A program made the translations under genes and the position numbers. From Parachlamydiales bacterium (GTDB lineage: Bacteria > Chlamydiota > Chlamydiia > Chlamydiales > Rhabdochlamydiaceae): a stretch of DNA of 64,000 nucleotides. The stretch lies in the NCBI GenBank assembly GCA_027459675.1, contig DAIDHO010000006.1, forward strand, positions 1,509 to 65,508, read 5' to 3'. Below the pieces are notes generated by a model that was not told the origin of the DNA, did not search any database, and saw only the letters and a list, made by a program, of their open reading frames with translations. This document shows, piece after piece, positions 52,777 to 62,552 of this stretch; within the stretch, counting starts at the first letter, position 1, and each line of letters begins with the position of its first letter.

Positions 52777-53785
52777 CTGATGTTTCGAAAATTAAAAGAG
52801 TAAAGTAGAAATAAACTACTCCTTGGTTAGGCGCCCATTCAACTGTAGTAGATTTAATTGGTTTCTTAAATTGTACTCTTATGAATTGGGGCCAAAAACT
52901 TGTATGTAGAATAGGAGGCCTTTCTATACAGAGATACAAAGCTCTTTCATCAATGATATAAGAGAGATTTGAATTATTACAGCCAGGGGCCAAAAACGAT
53001 AAAAATACAGTGTTTCCTTGAGGAGTGCCATCCTCATTGGGATTTAAAGGGACCCATTCTTTTATCTTTTCTTGAAACTGTTGGAGTTGTTCTTGTGTAA
53101 CAGGAGTTAACTCCTTCCCTGAAAGAGAGATTTTTGCATTTTGACTCAAGACTTCAAAATAGAGTGCTGGATCTCCCGCTTTGGAAGCACTGTGGCATAT
53201 GTCAATATACATGCGATTTGAAGGGATATCTTCTCTAAAGATGTAATTTTCATCGATATCATTGGCGGCTTTGATCAGCTCAAAAGCTTTTTCAAAAGAA
53301 TTATAAAATCCTGGCTGGAAGCAGGAGGGAGCACTCTTTTGCTCTAGTAGAAGCTCCCAAGAATGACCTTGGTAGGTATAGGAGATTGTATCTCCTTCTT
53401 TTGCGTTTTCAAAGAGTGTGGAAGGGAGGTGGGGAGGAGGAGGGTCGAGAGTTTCTTTTTTAAAGAAAAAACTTAAAATATATTCAATGATTTTAAGAAT
53501 CAAAGGAGGGGTACGATTCCATTGTGTGAATTCTAATGGAACGTAGAAAGATTTTTGATCTAAAGAGAGAGGGCTCCCGGATTTATCCTGAATAGTAGAG
53601 AATTGATATTTCTTATCCTCTCCAATCAATCCTGTCTTTTCTATATGCTGAGTATTTATACAAACTTTTCTTCGGTGGCAAACCTTGGATGCATCAAAAA
53701 ATCTCAGGTACATTTCATCCCACTGCTGCTTCCAACTTGCATTATAATGAGAAGCAATTAAAGGATTGAATAGGGTGCTTTCCAT
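52766..53785 (-). CDS. Orphan hypothetical protein, possible C-terminal Hsp20-like domain
   Basis: 339-aa ORF; C-terminal pattern FLAPGC...LYLCIER...FIRVQF...NQGVVYF. Confidence 0.55.
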   Translation of the reverse strand: MESTLFNPLIASHYNASWKQQWDEMYLRFFDASKVCHRRKVCINTQHIEKTGLIGEDKKYQFSTIQDKSGSPLSLDQKSFYVPLEFTQWNRTPPLILKIIEYILSFFFKKETLDPPPPHLPSTLFENAKEGDTISYTYQGHSWELLLEQKSAPSCFQPGFYNSFEKAFELIKAANDIDENYIFREDIPSNRMYIDICHSASKAGDPALYFEVLSQNAKISLSGKELTPVTQEQLQQFQEKIKEWVPLNPNEDGTPQGNTVFLSFLAPGCNNSNLSYIIDERALYLCIERPPILHTSFWPQFIRVQFKKPIKSTTVEWAPNQGVVYFYFTLLIFETSVDL

Positions 53786-53921
53786 AGAGGGCTAATATAT
53801 TTATTTTAAACGTGTTTATGGCGATCGCGGCGTCGCCGTTTTTTACGCTTATGTTTTGCCATTTTATATTTTCTTTTTTTCTTCACAGACGACATGTTTT
53901 TCCTTTAGTAGTAATAACTTT

Positions 53922-55490
53922 TTAAGTAGTTGCTTTGACAGGTTGTTTTTCGGAATCTGCTTCTTGAACTTCCACTGTTTCATTATGGGCTACAAGCAAT
54001 TGGAATTGTTTGCCGAGATAAGAAACAGCCACCATCCAGGCCCCTATGACCAGCAGCATAATACAAGCTACATACGGAAGTGTTGCCGAGACCGTTCCCA
54101 CAAACATCAAAAGTGCTTGATACACGATGGCACTTCCCGATTTACCAAGACGAGACCCGACTCCATCAATAGCAGCTTTGCCTTTGAGCTTGGATTCTTT
54201 ACTCAGAGGAATAAAGGCGAGCTCTTTGGTGGCGTCAAAAATAGTATATTTTGATCCGCGCGAAATCGATTGCTGCATCGATCCAAAAAGAACGCCAATC
54301 AAATGGGGGGTAGTTCCAAAAAAGGCTGCAATGGCAATGCCAAGAGAGGTGTCTTTCATAAGGAGGAAAGCAAAAAAACCGGCTCCTGTAATGAGCAATA
54401 AAACAGGGGGTACCATTGCATTCCAAGTCCATGAAAACTTCCGAATTGTCATACTCGTAATGAGTGCGATCAGAGTGGCCACAATCCCTACCCACATGGT
54501 GACTTTATTCATGTAAGCATTGAAATCATTAGGAAGGGGACACAGATGCAGGAGCTGATCTTTCCAGGCGATTTCGGTGAGGTTGATGCAAATATTATAG
54601 GTGAGTACTAGGGTGGCAATACTCAGAAGATACTTGGAACTTGCCAAGTATTTAAAGTTTTTTCTCATGCTCATATTTTCAGATTTTTTTGGGGAGATGT
54701 CGAGAGAAAGCTTATCTTTAAATTGAGGGTTGTGAAAAACGTTTTTATAGAGCCAGCGGAAGAGGCCTAAGACAATGAGTCCGCTCAGAATGACAATAGA
54801 GCTGATAAGCATCAGAGAGTAAGGCCAGGGGTCGGAGATAGATTCCGATGTAAAATGGCAGGCTATCGAAGAGATAAAAGCTCCTGCACTTCCTGCACAA
54901 ATAGCTGACAGATTTCCTCCAATCAAGATTAAAACATAAAACCGTTTGGCGGTTTTAACATCTAAAATTTCGTTAGCAAATCCCCAGAAAAGGACCGTCA
55001 TGATGGTGGTTCCCCAGAGCTCGGCGGCTACATAAAAAGCGGTGTAGGTCCAATTTCGAATGAGGGCCACCAGCCCTTTCATCCCTAGAGGGAGGATACT
55101 TTCTAAATAATCGGCAAAGTGGTGGGGGTGGAGCATATCCCGCAAAGGGTAGATAACGAATGAAAAGAGGGCAAAAAATCCTAAGAAAAGGGTCATCATG
55201 ATGTAAAAAATTTTTTCAGTCGTGTATTTATTGGCCAGTCGGGTGAAGAGCAAGGTCGTACAGAGGGCCATCGGTAAAATGACCCAGACTTTCATGAAAG
55301 GAATAATTTCAGCTCCCGAAGAAGGGGCCGTCACTACAAGTGCATCTTTAGCAGCCCGTAAAATGTTATAGTTAAAACAGATAAAAGAAAAGATCAGAAC
55401 AAGAGGGAGAAATAACTTTAATTCATGTTTATGGACAGGGCAAAACCAGGACCGCAATCGACCAAATTCCTGGTTGTTATGAATGGTCAT
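53922..55490 (-). CDS. Nucleotide transport protein (NTT/TLC, ATP/ADP translocase family)
   Basis: FNYNILRAAKD, YVAAELWG, FWGFANE, KYTIFDATKE, KGKAAIDGVGSRLGKSG. Confidence 0.95.
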   Translation of the reverse strand: MTIHNNQEFGRLRSWFCPVHKHELKLFLPLVLIFSFICFNYNILRAAKDALVVTAPSSGAEIIPFMKVWVILPMALCTTLLFTRLANKYTTEKIFYIMMTLFLGFFALFSFVIYPLRDMLHPHHFADYLESILPLGMKGLVALIRNWTYTAFYVAAELWGTTIMTVLFWGFANEILDVKTAKRFYVLILIGGNLSAICAGSAGAFISSIACHFTSESISDPWPYSLMLISSIVILSGLIVLGLFRWLYKNVFHNPQFKDKLSLDISPKKSENMSMRKNFKYLASSKYLLSIATLVLTYNICINLTEIAWKDQLLHLCPLPNDFNAYMNKVTMWVGIVATLIALITSMTIRKFSWTWNAMVPPVLLLITGAGFFAFLLMKDTSLGIAIAAFFGTTPHLIGVLFGSMQQSISRGSKYTIFDATKELAFIPLSKESKLKGKAAIDGVGSRLGKSGSAIVYQALLMFVGTVSATLPYVACIMLLVIGAWMVAVSYLGKQFQLLVAHNETVEVQEADSEKQPVKATT

Positions 55491-55603
55491 ATTAAAATAA
55501 TGTACCCTCGGGATGCATTCTAATGCCCTACTAAAATAAAGGAGATTGTAGCAAGAGGGGTATATTTTAACAAGGCGGAATAATGCTATAATTAAATTTA
55601 TTT

Positions 55604-57496
55604 TTATTGAGGGGGAGAGAATGCAGAAAAGGCTTCAGCGTTATCAGGAACATTCCCTTGCCGTACTGGAGAGAAGTTGGCAAATTGAGCAATTTCTTTG
55701 CGGAAAGCAAAGTTAATATTTCCAATGGCTCCGTGACGATTCTTAGCCACTATCAGCTCAGCTGTTCCGGGCTTATCATAGGGATCATAATATTCGCGAC
55801 GCAGGAGGAACATCACGAGGTCTGAGTCCTGTTCGATACTATTATGAACGATGATGTCGTTAGCCACAAAGTTATGGACTTCTTCTACGGTTGCATCATA
55901 GACATCTTCGACAGAGAGTGGAGTAATCGATGAGATTTCATCCCAATAAACATCCGAATCTGAGGAAACTTTAGAGACTTTATTATTATTTTGAGGGGGA
56001 TAAAGACCGATTCTATCATGAGGAGAAAGAGCATCGAGGCGCGTCCAGCCTTCAGTCTGTAAAAAGGGATGATTACCACTTGCTTTGATGGTTTTACCTG
56101 TACGAGTTTTCATTTCGTAAACAGGTTTTTTGCCTGAGTAAAATATTTTGACCATGCGATATTTACCCATCTTCAAATCGGGATCGACTCCATAGACCAT
56201 AATGGGGGTTTGAACTTTTCTTTCAGCAAGCTCTTGGAGGGTATAAATTTTCCCCGTTTCAGCATCTTTAATGACAGTGTCTCCTGTTAAGCAACCACTC
56301 TCTCTTAGATCACTCATGAGAGGGCGGTGGCCGGCCCTTTCTTCCACTTTACGAGATAGCTGAGAAAGACATAGAACAGGAATATTGAGTTCTCTAGCAA
56401 GGGTTTTAAGAAGACGAGAAATTTCAGACACTTCTATTTGCCGATTCTCTTGGCTGCGCGCCATTCCAGAGCCCGAAAGAAGTTGAAGATAGTCGATCAC
56501 TAAGAATTCAATCCCATACGCTTCTTTCATCCGGCGAGCCCGGGCTCTGAGGTCTGTGATTTTAAGACCTGGTGAGTCATCGATGATCATGGTATGTTTC
56601 TGCATTTGACCGACTGCAGAGACGATCCGCTGAAACTCGATTCCATTGAGACCACCTGTTCGAATTTTATCGGATTCTACTTCGGCTTGAGAGCAAATAA
56701 TGCGGTGCAAAAGTTGTTCGGCGGTCATTTCAAGAGAAAAGATTCCTACAGGCAGATTGTTTTTAAAGCACACATTTTCGGCGATGTTGAGAGCTAAGGC
56801 AGTTTTTCCCATCGCAGGGCGAGCGGCCAAAATCATCAAGTTGGAAGGAGAAAGTCCATTGATCAGTTTATCTAAGTCTTGGAAGTGGGTGGGGATCCCT
56901 GTCGTCGTTGATTCATCAGGACCACGGCTTTGAAAAAGTTCTTGTTTTTCTTGAAGCTCTTTTAAATACGAAAGCTTAGAAGACGATTTGGATCCGGAGA
57001 GCAGATCCCGAATCTGAATCCCTCCAGAGGTATTCGCAGCTTGGCTGATCTGAAAAAATTTTTGTTGGGCAATATCAAGGGTGGATGACACATCTTCCGG
57101 ATCATCAAAGGCCAATTTTTCAATCGATTGGGCTGAATGAATCATCCGACGAAGAAGCGATTTATTTCGAACAAGGCTTGTATACTCTTCGATATGCGCG
57201 GCGGTGCCTGCATATTGGGCAAGGGAGGTGAGATAAGCCACCCCCCCTATATTTTTAAGTTGCTCGCGTCTTTTAAGTTCTTCTGCTACGAGGTGAACAT
57301 CAGCGGCCTTATCTTGCAAAAAGAAACTTTTGATCACCTCAAAAATAAGGCGATGCTCCGAATAGTAAAAGTCGCTCTCTTCTAGCATATCGGCTGCAAT
57401 ATTGAGGCTGCCGATCGAGGTGAGCATGCACCCTAAAACAATCATTTCGGATTCTTTAGAGTTAGGAGGAATGCGGGAGATCGATGATTCAGCCAT
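55604..57496 (-). CDS. dnaB: Replicative DNA helicase DnaB containing an intein
   Basis: AARPAMGKT, FSLEM, IDYLQL, SQLSR, DLRESG|intein|SIEQDSD, AKNRHG. Confidence 0.97.
   Translation of the reverse strand: MAESSISRIPPNSKESEMIVLGCMLTSIGSLNIAADMLEESDFYYSEHRLIFEVIKSFFLQDKAADVHLVAEELKRREQLKNIGGVAYLTSLAQYAGTAAHIEEYTSLVRNKSLLRRMIHSAQSIEKLAFDDPEDVSSTLDIAQQKFFQISQAANTSGGIQIRDLLSGSKSSSKLSYLKELQEKQELFQSRGPDESTTTGIPTHFQDLDKLINGLSPSNLMILAARPAMGKTALALNIAENVCFKNNLPVGIFSLEMTAEQLLHRIICSQAEVESDKIRTGGLNGIEFQRIVSAVGQMQKHTMIIDDSPGLKITDLRARARRMKEAYGIEFLVIDYLQLLSGSGMARSQENRQIEVSEISRLLKTLARELNIPVLCLSQLSRKVEERAGHRPLMSDLRESGCLTGDTVIKDAETGKIYTLQELAERKVQTPIMVYGVDPDLKMGKYRMVKIFYSGKKPVYEMKTRTGKTIKASGNHPFLQTEGWTRLDALSPHDRIGLYPPQNNNKVSKVSSDSDVYWDEISSITPLSVEDVYDATVEEVHNFVANDIIVHNSIEQDSDLVMFLLRREYYDPYDKPGTAELIVAKNRHGAIGNINFAFRKEIAQFANFSPVRQGNVPDNAEAFSAFSPPQ
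55841..56293 (-). other. Mini-intein (151 aa, no homing endonuclease) in DnaB
   Basis: Block A CLTGDT, block B ASGNHPF, block F VYDATV, block G NFVANDIIVHN followed by Ser+1. Confidence 0.95.
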
Positions 57497-57542
57497 AGTT
57501 TTGCTCAAACCTATATAATCAAAATTATTATTTCAAGAAAAT

Positions 57543-57633
57543 CGGAAAGAGTGGGATTTGAACCCACGGTACCCTTTATAAGGGGTACGCGTCCTTAGCA
57601 GGGACGTGCCTTCGGCCGCTCAGCCATCTTTCC
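57543..57633 (-). tRNA. tRNA-Ser(GCT)
   Basis: GGAAAGA...TCTTTCC acceptor stem; CGTCC-CTGCTAA-GGACG anticodon arm; long variable arm; GTTCAAATC T-loop. Confidence 0.95.
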
Positions 57634-57798
57634 AACCAGAAAAACCGAAGAGGTGATTTTAACGGCTTAAAAGACCTTTCGTCAACGAATATCAGCTTTT
57701 AATAGGATACCCCTACCTCCCGCGTATTCAAAAAATAGAGCGCCTGGAGAGAGGCTTTTAAAATAATTAAATTTAGTTTATTCTCTATCTCTTTAGAA

Positions 57799-57826
57799 TA
57801 GACCTTTAGCTTAAGCAAGGGGTCCA
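57799..57826. repeat. 28-bp quasi-palindrome family copy
   Basis: TAGACCTTTAGCTTAAGCAAGGGGTCCA. Confidence 0.88.
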
Positions 57827-57835
57827 ATAGAGAAA

Positions 57836-59464
57836 ATGATGAATAGATGGTTTACATTTTTTATTCTAGTCTGTCTCCTAGTCTGTCTCATGGGGTGTCA
57901 TTCTCCGGAACCCCCTTCTGAAAAGCCTAGACATAGGTTCCGCATGAACATCAGTCATGAGCCTCCTACGATGGACCCTCGCAGGGGAAGCGAGTGGATC
58001 GGCTGCTCCATGCATTACATGCTTTTCGAAGGCCTTATGCGACTGACCCCTAGTGGAGATTTAGTCCCTGCTCAAGCTCGGGCGGTGGAAATCTCCGATG
58101 ATCGTTTGACATATACGTTTCATTTAAGAGGCACGCAATGGTCGGACGGATCTCCTGTGACGGCCCGCGATTTTGAATATGCGTGGAAAAAAATCATTGA
58201 TCCCACATTTGGAGCAGTGAGCGCCCCTCTTCTATTCCCCATTAAAAACGCTGAGAAGATCAAAAAAGGAGAGCTCCCCGTCCATAAGATGGGTGTGACT
58301 TCCAAAGATGACCTTACTTTGGTAGTGAGCCTTGAAAAACCGACGCCTTATTTTCTGGATCTTGTCTCCTTTTGCCTTTTTTTTCCGGTGAATCATACTA
58401 TGGATGTGGCCCACCCCGATTGGATGCTGGAGGCCTCTCCTCACTTTCTATCGAATGGACCTTTTGTCCTCAAATCTTGGAAACATGAGCAAGAGATCGT
58501 ATTTGAAAAAAATGAAAAATACTGGGATGCCCCTCTCATCGATTTAGATGATGTGCATGTGAGTATGGTTGCTGATGAAAATACAGCTCTGAGCATGTAT
58601 GAAAAAGGGGAGCTTGATATCATTGGGATGGTGGTCTCCCCTATTCCGACAGATGCTCTTCACCACTTTTATGACCAAGGAGTTGTCAAAAGCCATGCTG
58701 CTCCTGCCACGACATTTATTACATTTAATACCACCCGGTTTCCTTTTACAAGTCCGCATATTCGCAAAGCGTTATCGTATGCCATTGATCGGTCTCAAAT
58801 CGTACATAATATCACTCAATTAGGAGAAAAGGTGGCCACCAGTCTTATTCCGACGGGTTTGGGTGGAATGGAAAAGGATCGAGGCTTTTTCCAAGATCAT
58901 GACATTCTAAAAGCCCGAGAAGAGCTCATTCTGGGCTTGAGAGAGCTCCAAATTGCAAAGCTTCCTAAAGTCACTTTGGAATATTCGGCCGGAGAAATAA
59001 ATCTTAAGCTTGCCCAAGCCCTTCAACAGCATTGGAAAAAAACACTCGGAATAAAAGTGGACATTCAGCAATTTGAACATAAACTTCTCTTGGATCGCTT
59101 GGTGAACCGAACCTACGATTTAGCACTGGCGTTTTGGTTTGCTCAGTACAACGATTCGATGAGTATTTTTGAAAGATTTAAGTACAAAAAAAATGGTAAA
59201 AACTATCCAGCTTGGGAAAATCCCGAATACATTCGACTGATCGATAAGTCAGCGAATGATCTTACTCCTGAAGAGCGAATAAAAACTCTCACTCAAGCTG
59301 AAAAAGTTTTTTTAGACGAGATGCCTCTCACCCCCCTCTATCATTGGCAGACTTCATTTATGATGAAAGATCATCTTGCTTTAGAAAATCTGAAGCCAAA
59401 GGGAGCTTTTGACTATACGCGCATCACAGTGAAGCCCCTTCCAAGTAAGAAAGAGCCCTCATGA
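57836..59464 (+). CDS. oppA: Oligopeptide ABC transporter substrate-binding lipoprotein
   Basis: Lipobox LMGC; LFEGL; YTFHLR..WSDGSPVTA.DF.YAW; NGPF; IRKALSYAIDR. Confidence 0.93.
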   Translation: MMNRWFTFFILVCLLVCLMGCHSPEPPSEKPRHRFRMNISHEPPTMDPRRGSEWIGCSMHYMLFEGLMRLTPSGDLVPAQARAVEISDDRLTYTFHLRGTQWSDGSPVTARDFEYAWKKIIDPTFGAVSAPLLFPIKNAEKIKKGELPVHKMGVTSKDDLTLVVSLEKPTPYFLDLVSFCLFFPVNHTMDVAHPDWMLEASPHFLSNGPFVLKSWKHEQEIVFEKNEKYWDAPLIDLDDVHVSMVADENTALSMYEKGELDIIGMVVSPIPTDALHHFYDQGVVKSHAAPATTFITFNTTRFPFTSPHIRKALSYAIDRSQIVHNITQLGEKVATSLIPTGLGGMEKDRGFFQDHDILKAREELILGLRELQIAKLPKVTLEYSAGEINLKLAQALQQHWKKTLGIKVDIQQFEHKLLLDRLVNRTYDLALAFWFAQYNDSMSIFERFKYKKNGKNYPAWENPEYIRLIDKSANDLTPEERIKTLTQAEKVFLDEMPLTPLYHWQTSFMMKDHLALENLKPKGAFDYTRITVKPLPSKKEPS

Positions 59465-60345
59465 AGTGTCCTATGTTTTTTGCGATTTCTCTTACCTTTT
59501 TTGCCTGGGGTATTTCCCTTCTCGATCGTCAGCTGCTCAAAGCAAGTCACGGATTCAGCCTTCATGTGATTGAGGCTCCCATTCCTTTACTAAGAGATCC
59601 TAATCCCTCCTTAGATTTTCCCAGCGAAGTTTTCTGTGAGCCGTTTTACTATCTGGGGAGAGGAGCCCAGTCATTTGTCTTTGAAAGTGAGGACAAAAAA
59701 ACGGTCTTAAAATTTTATCGTTTCCCCTCTCATCTGCGTCGTTTCTCTTGGACTCATCATCCGTGGGGTTATCTGTTTTCTTCTTCCCGAAAGAAGACCA
59801 AAGCATATAACTTAAAACGGCTAGAGCTTTCTTTTCACAGTTTTTTTCTTGCAGCCCATCTCCTTGAGGATGAAACCGGTGTTCAGTATGTACATCTTCA
59901 ACCCACCACTCACCTATGCCAGAAGGCGCATTTAATTGATCGAATCGGATGTCATTATCATCTTCCGCTCGATTCCGTTGCTTTTGTGGTACAGAAAAGA
60001 GGAATCCCTTTTCTTTCTCATTTCAAACACCAGCTTGAAGAAGGTAACCGCGAGGAATGCAAACAGATGCTCGTGAGCCTTATCGACTTAATTCAACACC
60101 GGTGTGCCTACAACATATCGGATTTAGACAACATGGATCATGACAATTATGGATGGCTCAATGGACAAGCTATTCACCTTGATATAGGTCGTTTTCAAGA
60201 AAAAGAAAACTTAAGCCATCCGTTGAATACCCGCGAGGAAATTCTACGAGTGACCCATCCCCTCACCGCGTATCTCCTCCATCATGCCCCTGATCTACAT
60301 GCCTATTTCCATGCCTATATTCAGAGGACAATCCACCCCCTTTGA
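59461..60345 (+). CDS. Membrane-anchored protein-kinase-like fold protein (paralog 3)
   Basis: YLGRGAQSFVF...VLKFY; DLD...NYG...LDIG. Confidence 0.7.
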   Translation: MKCPMFFAISLTFFAWGISLLDRQLLKASHGFSLHVIEAPIPLLRDPNPSLDFPSEVFCEPFYYLGRGAQSFVFESEDKKTVLKFYRFPSHLRRFSWTHHPWGYLFSSSRKKTKAYNLKRLELSFHSFFLAAHLLEDETGVQYVHLQPTTHLCQKAHLIDRIGCHYHLPLDSVAFVVQKRGIPFLSHFKHQLEEGNREECKQMLVSLIDLIQHRCAYNISDLDNMDHDNYGWLNGQAIHLDIGRFQEKENLSHPLNTREEILRVTHPLTAYLLHHAPDLHAYFHAYIQRTIHPL

Positions 60346-60367
60346 TGGCTTCATCCGGGATCAAGAT

Positions 60368-60395
60368 TAGAACTTTTGTTTAAGCTAAAGGTCTA
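60368..60395. repeat. 28-bp quasi-palindrome family copy
   Basis: TAGAACTTTTGTTTAAGCTAAAGGTCTA. Confidence 0.82.
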
Positions 60396-60455
60396 ATATG
60401 ATAAAAGAGGTTGCTATTTTTCAAAAACAGCAGAAATGCTATATATGAATTAAAG

Positions 60456-61292
60456 ATGAAAATGCTCAGTATAATTGTTGCTCTTCTTATAGGTGGGTAT
60501 GGGGTTTGGATTGTCACAAACAACAATCCCCAGATGAAAACTAAAGTCGCTGAAATCCTCGATATGGGTCATTTCCATACATTGGAAGTTCGGTATAGCG
60601 CCAGTCAAATCATGGAAAAGCACAGGCGTACGCTTCTTAAAGATAACCGACATCGGTTTTTGGAGCCTGTTTTAGAATTTTATCCGTATGTTTTGATGGA
60701 AGTCAAATATACAACTTATGATAACAAGACTCATGAAAGCGTGATTTTATGGGACATGACTGATGGGGAAATGGTGATGAATACCAAAAACTGGGAAAAG
60801 ACGCATGGGTTTGGGGATTGTATTGAGGCGGACGCTACAGCTCAAGAATATAAAGTTCTTAATCTTCTGGCTCGTAAAGGGGGGGCTCTTGATCGGGAGG
60901 GCCTCACTAAAGCTTTAAATGTCGAGCATGAAATTCTCGACGGGTGGATTGATAGCTGTCGGAAAAAGAAACTTATCATCCAGGCAGGCAATCAATATCG
61001 TCTGCATTTTCAAAATCCTCGTCTTCGGGCCACTCCCGAAACGAGGGTTGATGAACGGCTCGTTACAAAGCCCTTTAAAGATGCGCTTCGTTTACACCGC
61101 CGCTTCTCTGTGTCTCAAATTGAGAAAAATGCCAAAGCAGCTTTTGGCCAAGACTTTGCCATTCGAAAAGTCACCGACATTTACCTGCCCGTGCATAGTA
61201 TTATTATCCAAAATCCCGATGGCTCTATCCATACCAGTCACTGGAATGCTCTGAATGGACAACGGATGTCCCGTTCTCAATTCATCGATTAA
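60456..61292 (+). CDS. Chlamydial conserved hypothetical protein with N-terminal TM
   Basis: TLEVRY, PYVLMEVKY, WEKTHGF, WNALNG; likely ATG at 60456. Confidence 0.7.
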   Translation: MKMLSIIVALLIGGYGVWIVTNNNPQMKTKVAEILDMGHFHTLEVRYSASQIMEKHRRTLLKDNRHRFLEPVLEFYPYVLMEVKYTTYDNKTHESVILWDMTDGEMVMNTKNWEKTHGFGDCIEADATAQEYKVLNLLARKGGALDREGLTKALNVEHEILDGWIDSCRKKKLIIQAGNQYRLHFQNPRLRATPETRVDERLVTKPFKDALRLHRRFSVSQIEKNAKAAFGQDFAIRKVTDIYLPVHSIIIQNPDGSIHTSHWNALNGQRMSRSQFID

Positions 61293-61298
61293 TGGCTG

Positions 61299-61320
61299 AT
61301 TTTTTCAAGCAAAGCAGGTT
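61299..61320 (-). repeat. 22-bp intergenic repeat (copy of 27423..27444)
   Basis: ATTTTTTCAAGCAAAGCAGGTT. Confidence 0.8.
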
Positions 61321-61482
61321 GTCCTAAGTAAGACTTGAACTGACAGTCATATTTCACCCAATAGTTGTGGTTTCTGTTAAAACTCATTTTAATGCCTGAT
61401 CGCCTGGGTTTCAAAAAAAGTCTATTCAAGAGGCTTGATTCAAAATATCTTCTCTCGTATGAAAGGCTCAGGGAGCGAAGGT

Positions 61483-62541
61483 ATGATCAAGACAGTGGTG
61501 GGACTTATTTGCCTAACAGCAGGCTTACAGGGAGCGCAACCTACTCAAAAAAAGACGCCGGCTAAAGTAAGCTACGATACAGATCTTTATCGAGAAAATA
61601 ATAAAATTGAGTTTGTCAACGTTGAATTTCTCTATTGGACTGTCAATGAAAGTGCGCTGGATTATGCTCTCAAGATGAAAAGTCCTGCATGGGGCCCTAC
61701 AACAGAGGGGGTGGGTCACTATAAAATCATCGATTTTGATTGGAATCCTGGTTTTCGCTTGAATGTCGGATATTTCAACGCGCCCCACTATTGGGATGCG
61801 TATCTTCAATATACTTACTTCAAAGGTAAGGGGCACAATTATGCCAAAGCGCCCGACGCCTCAAATCTCTACTTAAATGGAACCTGGGCCCAGCCCGCTT
61901 TTAATAGCTCTGAAGAAGTACCGCTGGCTAAAGCTAGCAGTTCAATCGATTTAAGCTTGAACATCTTAGATTTTCTCGCCACCCGTCGATTTTTTCCAAA
62001 TCCTCATTTAAGGATGAGGCTCTATGGAGGTCCCACCGTAGCATGGGTGCGACAAAATTGGGAAATCGACTACTTAGACACGGCCCAGCAAACCAGCCAT
62101 CTTCATAGTCATTGGCAATTTACCGGAGCGGGGATTAAAGTGGGGTACATACTCGATTGGTTCCTAGGGAAAGGGGGCATTTATTTTACAGGAGTTGTTT
62201 CAGCTGCTATGTATGCAGGAACCTACCACAACGTGAGCAAACAAAAATCCTCTGATAGCAATCAAGGACAATTTGACACAACCCGGCCTCTTCGAAATAT
62301 TCATTACCATGATGTGAGGCTGGTTCCTGTTTTTCAACTCCTGGCAGGTCCTTCCTGGCAGATGGCGTTTGGTCCTTATAGAACAGAGTTGTTTGCTGGG
62401 TATGAGCTCAATTTTTGGACGAATCTGCATGAAGTTTATCGGACATCTGCGGGAGCACCTCAGCAAGCAAAGCAAACCATCATGAGCAATGCCGTAGTGG
62501 GCATTCAGGGACTTACAGTCCGATGGAATTTGGATTTCTAA
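61483..62541 (+). CDS. Beta-barrel outer membrane porin (Lpg1974 / MOMP-like family)
   Basis: Signal peptide; EFLYW; FDWNPGFR; GYELNFW; terminal GLTVRWNLDF. Confidence 0.82.
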   Translation: MIKTVVGLICLTAGLQGAQPTQKKTPAKVSYDTDLYRENNKIEFVNVEFLYWTVNESALDYALKMKSPAWGPTTEGVGHYKIIDFDWNPGFRLNVGYFNAPHYWDAYLQYTYFKGKGHNYAKAPDASNLYLNGTWAQPAFNSSEEVPLAKASSSIDLSLNILDFLATRRFFPNPHLRMRLYGGPTVAWVRQNWEIDYLDTAQQTSHLHSHWQFTGAGIKVGYILDWFLGKGGIYFTGVVSAAMYAGTYHNVSKQKSSDSNQGQFDTTRPLRNIHYHDVRLVPVFQLLAGPSWQMAFGPYRTELFAGYELNFWTNLHEVYRTSAGAPQQAKQTIMSNAVVGIQGLTVRWNLDF

Positions 62542-62552
62542 AAGCGTTTAAA

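Noticed and set aside
53818-53845. GC-rich hairpin plus T-run (ATGGCGA...TCGCCGT TTTTT) as a terminator or sRNA end
   Set aside because: The T-tract is on the plus strand where no credible gene ends; a single weak hairpin is insufficient support.
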